Source: a virus
Length of the DNA stretch: 64,000 bases
Virus record (IMG/VR): IMGVR_UViG_3300045988_173642
Span: 32,001 to 96,000 of that record
Reading direction: 5' to 3' (one strand)
In this document: in pieces, positions 53,330 to 61,163 of the stretch
How positions within the stretch are numbered: position 1 is the first letter of the stretch
Layout: each line of letters begins with the position of its first letter
The notes under the pieces: model-generated
What the model was told of the DNA's origin: nothing
The model's database searches: none
What the model saw: only the letters and a program-made list of their open reading frames with translations
Position numbers and translations under genes: made by a program

Positions 53330-53373
53330 AGTCCTACGAGAGTCCTATGAAAGTCCTACGAAAGTGCTCTGAT
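53330..53373. repeat. four tandem 11-bp repeats AGTCCTAYGAR
   Basis: agtcctacgag / agtcctatgaa / agtcctacgaa / agtgctctgat, located 60-100 nt upstream of the ATG at 53270. Confidence 0.8.
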
Positions 53374-53595
53374 TGTAAAGGTACAAAAGGGCGAGAGAAT
53401 ACACCGGACATAGAGGCGCTGAAGATGGGCACGAAGGGCGTTTTTCTGATGATTCGTTTGATTATTTAATGATTTGTTTGTTTGTTGATTTATTCAAACG
53501 AATCAACAAACGAACAAACGTTTGTTTGAACAAATGAACGAAATAACAAGAGACTAAAACGGAGGGATTTGTTTGGTCGTCCCGTCTGTTTTCGC

Positions 53596-53732
53596 TAACT
53601 TTGCTCGTAATTAAATAATGTTAGTGTCTGCCCGTGGCTCGTGAGAGTAGCAGGCAGTGTTTCAAATCATTTATTATTTTTTTGTTTACAATTTTAGGCC
53701 GCTCGTCTGTGAAGATAGGCGGCCTTGTTTTT
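53596..53732 (+). ncRNA. candidate small transcription unit U1 (TAACTTTG promoter, GTGA-capped hairpin, terminator)
   Basis: -7 box at 53596-53603. Hairpin CTGCC-CGTGGCTCGTGAGAGTAGCA-GGCAG at 53628-53657. Terminator GGCCGC...GCGGCC plus TTGTTTTT at 53697-53732. No ORF. Confidence 0.35.
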
Positions 53733-53796
53733 GCAGGAAAATAAGAGATAGACCAAGATTTTTTCAAAAAGGCTTGGATAAACCAATGATAAGTTA

Positions 53797-53951
53797 TACT
53801 TTTGCAGTGGTAAATTTTGAATATCGTAGTAAATTTCAAACAATTCTTCCCAATTGTCCGTGGTTCGTGAGAATAGCGTACACACAAGACTCTAATAAGA
53901 AAATTCCGTTAGTAGCCCTTCGTCTGAGCGCAGATGGAGGGCTGCTTTTTT
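53797..53951 (+). ncRNA. candidate small transcription unit U2
   Basis: -7 box TACTTTTG at 53797-53804. Internal GTCCGTGGTTCGTGAGAATAGCG. Terminator AGCCCT...AGGGCT plus GCTTTTTT at 53914-53951. Confidence 0.35.
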
Positions 53952-54011
53952 GTTAATGGTCTGTCAAATATTAAAAATGATATTGGCCTTTGACTATCCA
54001 CTAATTTGGCG

Positions 54012-54173
54012 TATCTTTGCAAGTGAAATAGTCAAGATTACATTTTACCGCTGCCAGCGGTCTGCGAAGATAGCTGGCGGGCTTTTAGGCAAAAATGCTG
54101 TAAGAACTAAGAACATAATTGTGTCTATGTAAAGAAGCCGCTCATCTGTGAAGATGGGCGGCTTCTATTTTTA
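54012..54173 (+). ncRNA. candidate small transcription unit U3
   Basis: TTTG at 53989-53992 plus TATCTTTG at 54012-54019. Internal hairpin CCGCTGCCAGC-GGTCTGCGAAGATA-GCTGGCGGG. Terminator GAAGCCGC...GCGGCTTC plus TATTTTT at 54134-54173. Confidence 0.35.
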
Positions 54174-54194
54174 TGCCTGATGGCAGGGGGAGCG

Positions 54195-57100
54195 TTAGAT
54201 TTGCAATTGGAAATCGTAAGAGGCTCCATCGTCTTTCTGCTTCCACGTGAGTTTTCCAGTCTTGTCTTGTCGGCCAGAGGTGAAGTGATAGAGGCGTTCA
54301 AAATAGGCGACATAGTCGGGCGTTGTGCCCATGTCTGGCGTGATGATGGTGGTGTCAGTGGGGTGTACCCCATTGTTGACGGCTGCATACCATCCGTCTG
54401 GAATCAATTCGCCCGTCGGCAAGTCTTGCGCCAGTTGGGCGTTTTGGTAATAAAGACCAAGCTGCTCAGGCGGCGTGTTGGAACTCGTGCCGCCATACCA
54501 ATAGACCACGGCGGTGTCGGTCTTCGTCTGTTTTGGGAAAAACTGATAATAGGGTAGGGCATCTGGGTTGCCAATGTAAGCCACGGCCAACCAAACGTCA
54601 TAGGCATTGTTGACGCTGATGATTTTCAAGCGCGAGATGGGAAAATAGGCCGCAGTGGTGGTGATTTTGTCAAGGCCGTTGGGGCCGAGATTATACATCT
54701 TCTGTCCGTCTTTACTGTAGAACTCCAAGATAGCACAACCGTCGGCATCTACGCCCACTTTGATATTTGGGAAAGCCAACGAGCCAAACATCTCTACCAC
54801 GCCATCATGCACCTCTACGTGGCTGTCGTTGCCGTCAATGCGCATATTGCCGTTGATGACGCTGAATTTATTGCCCGACCAGATGTCGCCCTGGCGATTG
54901 ACGCGCATAACGGCATCGGCAGGTGTTGCCCCACCAAACCAAAGCGGATATTCCATGTCTGTGCCGCCGCCAAAAGCACCGTAGGGCGTGCCGTTTTCGT
55001 CAGTGATCTGAATTTGACTGACCTGCAAGAATTGGATAAAGGCCGTCATGATGTCGGCGAAGGAGGTGCGCAGGGGGCGCAGGTCATTGATAGGTTCCCA
55101 GAAGTCGTTGCCCGTTCCAAAAGGTTTATTCGCTGACTCAGACAGGATGCCATTGTGCGAAGGGCGGGCGAGATACCATTTCGGCGTGCCGCTCTTGAGG
55201 TCAGTCACACTGACTTCGTCGAGATAGCGGTTGCCGTCGGGGGCCGTGGTGTCGCCACTATCGTTGCGATAGAGCACGCCCGCTTCCCATTCTCCGCGAC
55301 GCACTGTCACGCCAGTATATCCGCGTGGGCCTGGGGCACCAGGGGCGCCAGTGTCGCCCTTCGCGCCGTTTTGCCCGTCTTCGCCTTCGCGGTTTTGCGC
55401 GATGGTGGCGGTGGCGGTGGCGGTGCCGTAGTCCGTGACAAGCGTGAAGGTCATGAAAGCATCCTCAGGCGTTGCGCCGTCCACTTCCACGCCCACGAAG
55501 CCTTTCAGCGTGACGTGGTAGGTCAGGCTCTTACCATCGGCGGCAACAACGGCCGTGTACGTCAGTTCAACAGGCGTGGTGGCGTCGCCCGTTCCATAAG
55601 TGGCCTTTCCGCTACGCACATCGAGCGGCTGCGTGCCGGAAAACACTTGTGCCGTGATGTCGAAAGAGATGTCATCGGGGGCGGCCGTATCGTACCAGTC
55701 CGAGATGGCCACACTGATGATGTTCTTATTCAGCACAACGGTCAAGGCCGTGGGGTCGGCAGCATGGAAGGCCACGTTGCTCACGCCATAGGTACCATCG
55801 GAATAAGTGTAGAGCCATTGTTGCCACACCACGCGATTGGAAGGCGAAGGCGTCAGCGGTTCTGTCTGCCATTCGCCTTTGACGTAGGAGAGGTGGTCTT
55901 CAGCAACGCGGATGCCGTCGGGCAGGATTTCCACGGCAGGTGTGGAGAGGAAATAGAGCTGCTGCGTCACGATGGAGGGAACGCGGTCGAACTGGTCGAC
56001 CATGCCCCACATATAGATGTTGCCCGTGGCTATACCTTCGCCCTCCAGTTCTTTGAGCGCTTCGACAAACTCCTTCTTCTCTTTGTCCCAAACACGCTGC
56101 AACATTGTGAAGCCGTTGAGCCAGCCGATGATGAGCTGCATGTTGTCTTGCGTGTACGTCCAATTGGTCATGCCGGCCAAGTGCAGCTGATAAGTCGTCG
56201 TGGTCAAGCAAGAGCGTTGGCGCGTGCTGTCGGTCTCATTGGCATAGCAGGCAAAGTGCATCGCTGGCTGCGGATGTGATTCATCCGTCCATCGGTTGCG
56301 GTCTTCCGCAGGGAGGTCGGCACAGGTGGCGGCACGCAGTTCATAGCGGAAGAACTGGTTGAGGGCTGGCGTGCCATCCGCTGCCGTCTGCTCCTTAATT
56401 GGGGCAGGCAACGTGGCTGGCGTATAAATTTCTTTTACGCGAAAATAGATGGTCGTGAAGCCTGCGAAATGGAAGTTGCCATCGTGAGGGTCAGAGGTGG
56501 AGAGGTCGTTGCGGCGGTTGGTGAAATGAAACACACCCTGGCATTTGTCGTTGACGGCCACGGCACCCACTTCCCCCGTTTCCAATTTCAATTGCACCAC
56601 GCCTTCGAGCGAAGTAAATCCGAGCGCGGAGAGCGCTTCATCGGCACCCGTCCACACCTGCTGGATGATACCGCCGCCCTGCGTCTGCCATTTATTCCCA
56701 ACTGTGATGGTCGTGCGGTTGAAACGCAGTTCGGGCACCTCCAGGAATGACCTTGCAACGATGCCTTCAAATTCAGCATTGCCGTAGAAGTCGACCTTCG
56801 CGCCTTCAACGCCTTTGTTGAACGTACCGACCGTCAAATCGCCATGCAACGTTGTCGGTCGTCGTTTCTCTGGCGTTCCAACCGTCAGAGCGCCCTCCAC
56901 GAGTGCATCCCCGTGGATGACCGTGTTGCCGAAGATGTCGGCCGCGCCGTTGACCTTCAGGTCGTGCATGGCGAGGTTGAAGGGCGTTTCGTCGTCGTGG
57001 CGCTTCGAGAGCGCATTGTCGTCCATGAGCTTCGGCGTGACGATTTTCGTGGCATCGTCTAAGGGGGTGTCGGCATCCCCGATGCCCGTTATCTCGCCCT

Positions 57101-57722
57101 GCTGTCCTTCAAACGTGATGCGGCCGCCGGAAACAATCTTCAGCGTGCTAACGAAGAGGTCGCGGAACACCGTGCCTGCCTTCATCGTGAGGTCTTTGAG
57201 GAACGTCAAAGTTTGGTCGAAAACATCATAGCGATACCAGTCTGTTTCTGCTGGCCCCGCGTTGATGGCTTCATCCGAAGAAAGGTAGCCCGACACGATG
57301 CGCTGCCGCCAGACGCGCTTCTCTGTGCCGTTTTCGCCAGAGGAGGAGAGAATGCCTTGCAGGAAGATATAGTAATACTCCTCTGAGCCTATTTGCTGCT
57401 CTTCGGCGTTCCGTCCGTAGATGTCAATTTCCTCAGAGGGGAACACGATGTTAGCAGCGTTGCCAACGGATTCTGTGCGCGGAATGGCGGCATAGACATA
57501 TTTTTCTGTGTGTGTGTTGAACACTGTCGGAGAGGCTTGCAGTCGCCAGCGGCGGTAATTATGCCCGGCATCATAGTCGATGATGCCTTTGACGTACACA
57601 AGAATTTGCGCATTACCGACACACGAGGCCTGCACGTAGTCGGGCATGGCCAGGGCGTTGCGTTCGATGAAGAGCGCGTCGGGCGAAATCCAATAATCTG
57701 TGGTCGTTGCTTTCGTTGTCAT
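54195..57722 (-). CDS. tail fibre / baseplate-distal protein with collagen-like Gly-X-Y stretch
   Basis: 1175 aa, beta-rich, with GEDGQNGAKGDTGAPGAPGPRGYTG. Confidence 0.7.
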   Translation of the reverse strand: MTTKATTTDYWISPDALFIERNALAMPDYVQASCVGNAQILVYVKGIIDYDAGHNYRRWRLQASPTVFNTHTEKYVYAAIPRTESVGNAANIVFPSEEIDIYGRNAEEQQIGSEEYYYIFLQGILSSSGENGTEKRVWRQRIVSGYLSSDEAINAGPAETDWYRYDVFDQTLTFLKDLTMKAGTVFRDLFVSTLKIVSGGRITFEGQQGEITGIGDADTPLDDATKIVTPKLMDDNALSKRHDDETPFNLAMHDLKVNGAADIFGNTVIHGDALVEGALTVGTPEKRRPTTLHGDLTVGTFNKGVEGAKVDFYGNAEFEGIVARSFLEVPELRFNRTTITVGNKWQTQGGGIIQQVWTGADEALSALGFTSLEGVVQLKLETGEVGAVAVNDKCQGVFHFTNRRNDLSTSDPHDGNFHFAGFTTIYFRVKEIYTPATLPAPIKEQTAADGTPALNQFFRYELRAATCADLPAEDRNRWTDESHPQPAMHFACYANETDSTRQRSCLTTTTYQLHLAGMTNWTYTQDNMQLIIGWLNGFTMLQRVWDKEKKEFVEALKELEGEGIATGNIYMWGMVDQFDRVPSIVTQQLYFLSTPAVEILPDGIRVAEDHLSYVKGEWQTEPLTPSPSNRVVWQQWLYTYSDGTYGVSNVAFHAADPTALTVVLNKNIISVAISDWYDTAAPDDISFDITAQVFSGTQPLDVRSGKATYGTGDATTPVELTYTAVVAADGKSLTYHVTLKGFVGVEVDGATPEDAFMTFTLVTDYGTATATATIAQNREGEDGQNGAKGDTGAPGAPGPRGYTGVTVRRGEWEAGVLYRNDSGDTTAPDGNRYLDEVSVTDLKSGTPKWYLARPSHNGILSESANKPFGTGNDFWEPINDLRPLRTSFADIMTAFIQFLQVSQIQITDENGTPYGAFGGGTDMEYPLWFGGATPADAVMRVNRQGDIWSGNKFSVINGNMRIDGNDSHVEVHDGVVEMFGSLAFPNIKVGVDADGCAILEFYSKDGQKMYNLGPNGLDKITTTAAYFPISRLKIISVNNAYDVWLAVAYIGNPDALPYYQFFPKQTKTDTAVVYWYGGTSSNTPPEQLGLYYQNAQLAQDLPTGELIPDGWYAAVNNGVHPTDTTIITPDMGTTPDYVAYFERLYHFTSGRQDKTGKLTWKQKDDGASYDFQLQI

Positions 57723-58018
57723 GAATGCTTGGAGATTTTAAGAATGAGACGCGAAAACGGCACCATCATGAGATAGGCCCAAGAAAGGCGGCTGGGATAT
57801 TGAAGATCGGCATCCGCCGTGTGTGAGCGCAAGATGTGAAGGCGATAGAGCGCGTTGTGGGCCAGCCATTCCGCTTTCAGCGAGCGCAGACTGCGCTTCC
57901 AAACATTAGAATTAGGAAAGAGCGAGCGCACGTAACGCAATTTGTTGTCCATTTCCGCTTCGCTGTACTTATAGGATTGATGAATGTGGAGATTGTTGTC
58001 AGTGATGGTGTAAATCAT
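57719..58018 (-). CDS. hypothetical protein
   Basis: 99-aa ORF with a 4-nt overlap with the fibre gene. Confidence 0.45.
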   Translation of the reverse strand: MIYTITDNNLHIHQSYKYSEAEMDNKLRYVRSLFPNSNVWKRSLRSLKAEWLAHNALYRLHILRSHTADADLQYPSRLSWAYLMMVPFSRLILKISKHS

Positions 58019-58045
58019 GTTTTCTGAGATTTTTAAACGATAAAA

Positions 58046-58090
58046 AAACGTTCTACTTTTGTCTGTTGTCAGAACAAAGGTAGAACGTTT
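58046..58090 (-). terminator. intrinsic terminator closing the DGR operon
   Basis: Stem AAACGTTCTAC / GTAGAACGTTT, followed on the minus strand by TTTTTTTATCG. It begins at the stop codon of 58090-58611. Confidence 0.6.
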
Positions 58091-58611
58091 TAAGGTTTTT
58101 CATCGGACATTCCCATGTGTCGCGACAAAGAAAGGTGGTGCTGGAGGATGCGGATGTTATGGCGCAAATCGTCGAGCGTGGCGTGCTCTACGTCAATCAT
58201 TGACACCAACACACAAACGTCATGCTCCGCTTCGGTGCGTGAATGATGGGCGTCTTGAGCGGGCGTGGGGGAAGGAGGAGAGGGGAGTGGTTGCACTGAT
58301 GTTCCAGTCTGTTCCGCCAGTTCTTCCGACAACGCAAGCACATAATGTTTACCAGAATCATCCGTGCTGATTTCCACTTCCGGATGCGCCTTCTTCAATC
58401 GTCGCAAAACGCCATCAATGGCGGAGCAGGGGATGCCAAGCTGATGAACAGTGTGTCCAGCAAGCGGAACGGCGCGGATGCGGTAGCCTGTGATGTTCTG
58501 CATGAACGCAGCGCAGGCGTTGAAAGCATGGAAAAACAATCCTTGCTGAATGAGATAGAGCCTGCGGCCATCCGTCTGTTCCTGCTCCGCAATGGCTTCA
58601 GCCACTTTCAT
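58090..58611 (-). CDS. MutS domain I-like protein (DGR-linked accessory ORF)
   Basis: RLYLIQQGLFFHAFNACAAFMQNITGYRIRAV...HQLGIPCSAIDGVLRRLKK aligns by eye with E. coli MutS [32 protein letters not shown]...PMAGIPYHAVENYLAKLVN. ATGA overlap with the upstream ORF. Confidence 0.45.
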   Translation of the reverse strand: MKVAEAIAEQEQTDGRRLYLIQQGLFFHAFNACAAFMQNITGYRIRAVPLAGHTVHQLGIPCSAIDGVLRRLKKAHPEVEISTDDSGKHYVLALSEELAEQTGTSVQPLPSPPSPTPAQDAHHSRTEAEHDVCVLVSMIDVEHATLDDLRHNIRILQHHLSLSRHMGMSDEKP

Positions 58612-59066
58612 GCCTCTTCTATCTTGAAGGCCGGTTTGGCCAATGCCTTGCAGCGTTCGGCAAAGGCTGTCACTTGCTCCAGGTCGGTTGTGTCACCAAG
58701 CAATGCCTTGCGGTGAGCGCACAACTCTTCTGCATAAGAATATCGAGCGCCAATGAGATAAGCGGCCAAGGTATGATAATCTGAGATGCGGTACACGGCC
58801 ACAAGTTCTTTGATGAATGCCGCGTCAAGACTGTCAAATAAGCCCTGCTGATAAATGGTCTGCAGCAATGTCTGTGCCGTCATTCGTCCTTCATGCGAAA
58901 TGGCCAGTGTGGTGCAACGAACGCGCTGCTCTCCTGCATCATTCTTATAAGATGAAGGGGAGAGGTTGATGGTCAAGAACTCCGTGTTCTTGGAATAAGA
59001 GCGAACGATGTGGCGGGGATTTTCCGTCAAATCTTCGCATTGGCGAAGGGGAATTTTTTCTCTCAT
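58608..59066 (-). CDS. hypothetical protein (DGR-linked accessory ORF)
   Basis: 152-aa ORF with 4-nt ATGA overlaps with both the RT stop and the next ORF start. Confidence 0.5.
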   Translation of the reverse strand: MREKIPLRQCEDLTENPRHIVRSYSKNTEFLTINLSPSSYKNDAGEQRVRCTTLAISHEGRMTAQTLLQTIYQQGLFDSLDAAFIKELVAVYRISDYHTLAAYLIGARYSYAEELCAHRKALLGDTTDLEQVTAFAERCKALAKPAFKIEEA

Positions 59067-60538
59067 AAAATAGATGTTTGAATCATTTTACATTTGTTTC
59101 GCAAACGAATCCGCTCAAAATGGCCATGAATGTAAAAGAACTCGTAGAAGACATGTTCAAAAATAGATAGTGTCGTTTTACGTAAGAGGTAAGACCTTTT
59201 ATTCTTGAAAAAACCGAGGTACGAGTTGATGACTTGTTCCATGCGACGAAGGTCGCACAAGGATATAATGGATTTTTCGCGCAACATTTGGTTGAATCCA
59301 AAAACGCGCTCACGGAAACGAGCAACGGTGCGGCTGGACAGGTATATACGATAGTAACGGATGTAGGCTCCAACAAACATAACACCATGTGAAGCTAATT
59401 GAAAATGATATTTGGTGACGTGAAGCGTAATACCAAGTTCAGACGACAGAAACAAGCGAGCGTCAATGATGAAGGCTTTTAAAGCAGACTTGCTGATGCA
59501 AATGACAACAAAATCATCTACAAAACGCGTGTAGTAGACCTCAAATCCACGGAGTTTGAACCATTGAATTACGAAATCATCAAAGAATGACATAAGGAAA
59601 TTCACGAACACTTGCGTTGTGATATTCCCAATTGGCATTCCGAAGGCAACATCGCTGCCGAAAAGCGACTTATGGCGCTCAATATGCTTGTGCCATTCAT
59701 CTGGCGATGTGTTGAACACACAATTTTGCTCGGGACAATGAAACACGATGGTTTTGGATGCGGCGAACAATTGTTTCAAGTATTGGCCTTTGTATTGTTC
59801 GCGGATGAACGGTTCCAGTTTTGACCATAATATACGCTTGTCTATCGACATGAAGAACGAGACGATGTCGCCCTTAAACACCCATGCAGGGCGGCTATAA
59901 TTGCAAGTTGCCTTCTTGATGTTGTCATATACGGCCTTCTGAGCCGCAAGGGTGCCAAATCCTTTTCGGCAATTGAATGACACATTACCTTGTTCAATAA
60001 AACGCCGCTCAAAATACGGATTGAGAAAAAGAATAATGAAATGATGAACGATGCGATCGCGAAAGCAAGCCGCAAAAACCTCTCTATATTTCGGGTATTT
60101 CACAAGGAAACACGTGCTGACGCCTGGCTTATATGCTCCAGTATATAATTCATGTGCCAATGCTGGCAAATCATGTTCGGCTATCTCGCAATAGTCGATA
60201 CATGCACGGCTGGTGCGTTTACGCTGGCAACAATCGTCAAAAGCAAAAAGCACAAGATCAAGAAAGTCGGTAGGAATATCAAAAGCGACGACAGGACGAA
60301 CCACAAACCCGTTGTACTTATTGTTGTTGTTGATGTTGCCATTGCCGAAGTTGCTGTTCCAACTGTTGTTGCGGTTATACTCCGTGGCGCTCCATCGGTT
60401 GGCCTGAACGTTTACTTTGGGCATTGAAATAGCATAACCACTCCAGACATTTTCATACGAACCATTGCCGTATGAACATAAATCTAAATAGGTATGCCCA
60501 CCTTTTAACAGTCCTCTCGGCTCTCTGTCACAATTCAT
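59063..60538 (-). CDS. DGR reverse transcriptase (long ORF; its first ~95 codons read through the TR; possible true start GTG at 60253)
   Basis: RT motifs FRDRIVHHF, GFGT, GDIVSFFMSID, FGMPIGNITTQVFVN, YTRFVDDFVV. The TR is immediately 5'. Confidence 0.85.
   Translation of the reverse strand: MNCDREPRGLLKGGHTYLDLCSYGNGSYENVWSGYAISMPKVNVQANRWSATEYNRNNSWNSNFGNGNINNNNKYNGFVVRPVVAFDIPTDFLDLVLFAFDDCCQRKRTSRACIDYCEIAEHDLPALAHELYTGAYKPGVSTCFLVKYPKYREVFAACFRDRIVHHFIILFLNPYFERRFIEQGNVSFNCRKGFGTLAAQKAVYDNIKKATCNYSRPAWVFKGDIVSFFMSIDKRILWSKLEPFIREQYKGQYLKQLFAASKTIVFHCPEQNCVFNTSPDEWHKHIERHKSLFGSDVAFGMPIGNITTQVFVNFLMSFFDDFVIQWFKLRGFEVYYTRFVDDFVVICISKSALKAFIIDARLFLSSELGITLHVTKYHFQLASHGVMFVGAYIRYYRIYLSSRTVARFRERVFGFNQMLREKSIISLCDLRRMEQVINSYLGFFKNKRSYLLRKTTLSIFEHVFYEFFYIHGHFERIRLRNKCKMIQTSIL
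60281..60407 (-). repeat. DGR template repeat (TR)
   Basis: 127 bp, 114/127 identical to 61179-61305. All 13 mismatches are at TR adenines on the coding strand. Confidence 0.9.
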
Positions 60539-60562
60539 AAGACAAGTGATTTAAATGATTAT

Positions 60563-61024
60563 TTAAGCACTTACAGAATTACTACCTTGCGAAAATCTGA
60601 CCAGAGAAGATGCGCGCCATGCTGAAACCTGTAAGGAACAGGAAGCGACGAGCGACTTAATCTTCTTAAAATCATCATTACTGATGCAGCCCAATGTCTT
60701 CATGATGCAAATAATAGATTTAATAGCATCTATATGAGCTGCAGCAATAGTCAGCTGCGGCACTCGTGAATACATATCAGCAAATGCAATAGACAAACTC
60801 ACCAATAAACCCGCGCATTCTGAATACATCGGATTGACCACAGGACGATATTTGACTGGACACGTCTTGTTGATTTGCGCCAAGACGAGATACAATTGCT
60901 GAGAATCGCGAAACACCTGCTGCTGATGGATGGTCCGAACTTTCTCTTTCTTGAGCTTTTTACTTCTTTCTTTTTGTTCTGTTGTTATTTGTATATATTG
61001 TGGTTCTTTGTTGTCATTTACCAT
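60563..61024 (-). CDS. avd: Avd-like DGR accessory protein
   Basis: 153-aa predicted helical, basic ORF positioned between VR and TR, as in characterised DGRs. Confidence 0.55.
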   Translation of the reverse strand: MVNDNKEPQYIQITTEQKERSKKLKKEKVRTIHQQQVFRDSQQLYLVLAQINKTCPVKYRPVVNPMYSECAGLLVSLSIAFADMYSRVPQLTIAAAHIDAIKSIICIMKTLGCISNDDFKKIKSLVASCSLQVSAWRASSLVRFSQGSNSVSA

Positions 61025-61132
61025 ACAATTTCCAATTTTATAATTAAATTGTTCACCGCAAAGTTAATAACAATTTTTGATATAAACAAAAATAATTCAG
61101 CCGGCTTACGCCGGCAATGGCATTTTCGTTGA

Positions 61133-61156
61133 GCGACGCGCTAAAAAGCGCGTCGC
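61133..61156. other. GC-rich hairpin 22 nt downstream of the VR end
   Basis: GCGACGCGC-TAAAAA-GCGCGTCGC, a perfect 9-bp stem. A second hairpin GCCGGC-TTAC-GCCGGC lies at 61100-61115. Confidence 0.8.
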
Positions 61157-61163
61157 AAAAAGG

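Noticed and set aside
55155-56279. 374-aa plus-strand ORF inside the fibre gene, along with other plus-strand ORFs between 54180 and 57776
   Set aside because: It is antisense to an uninterrupted 1175-aa ORF. The translation is rich in Arg/Gly/Val/His, typical of a mirror frame of GC-rich coding DNA.
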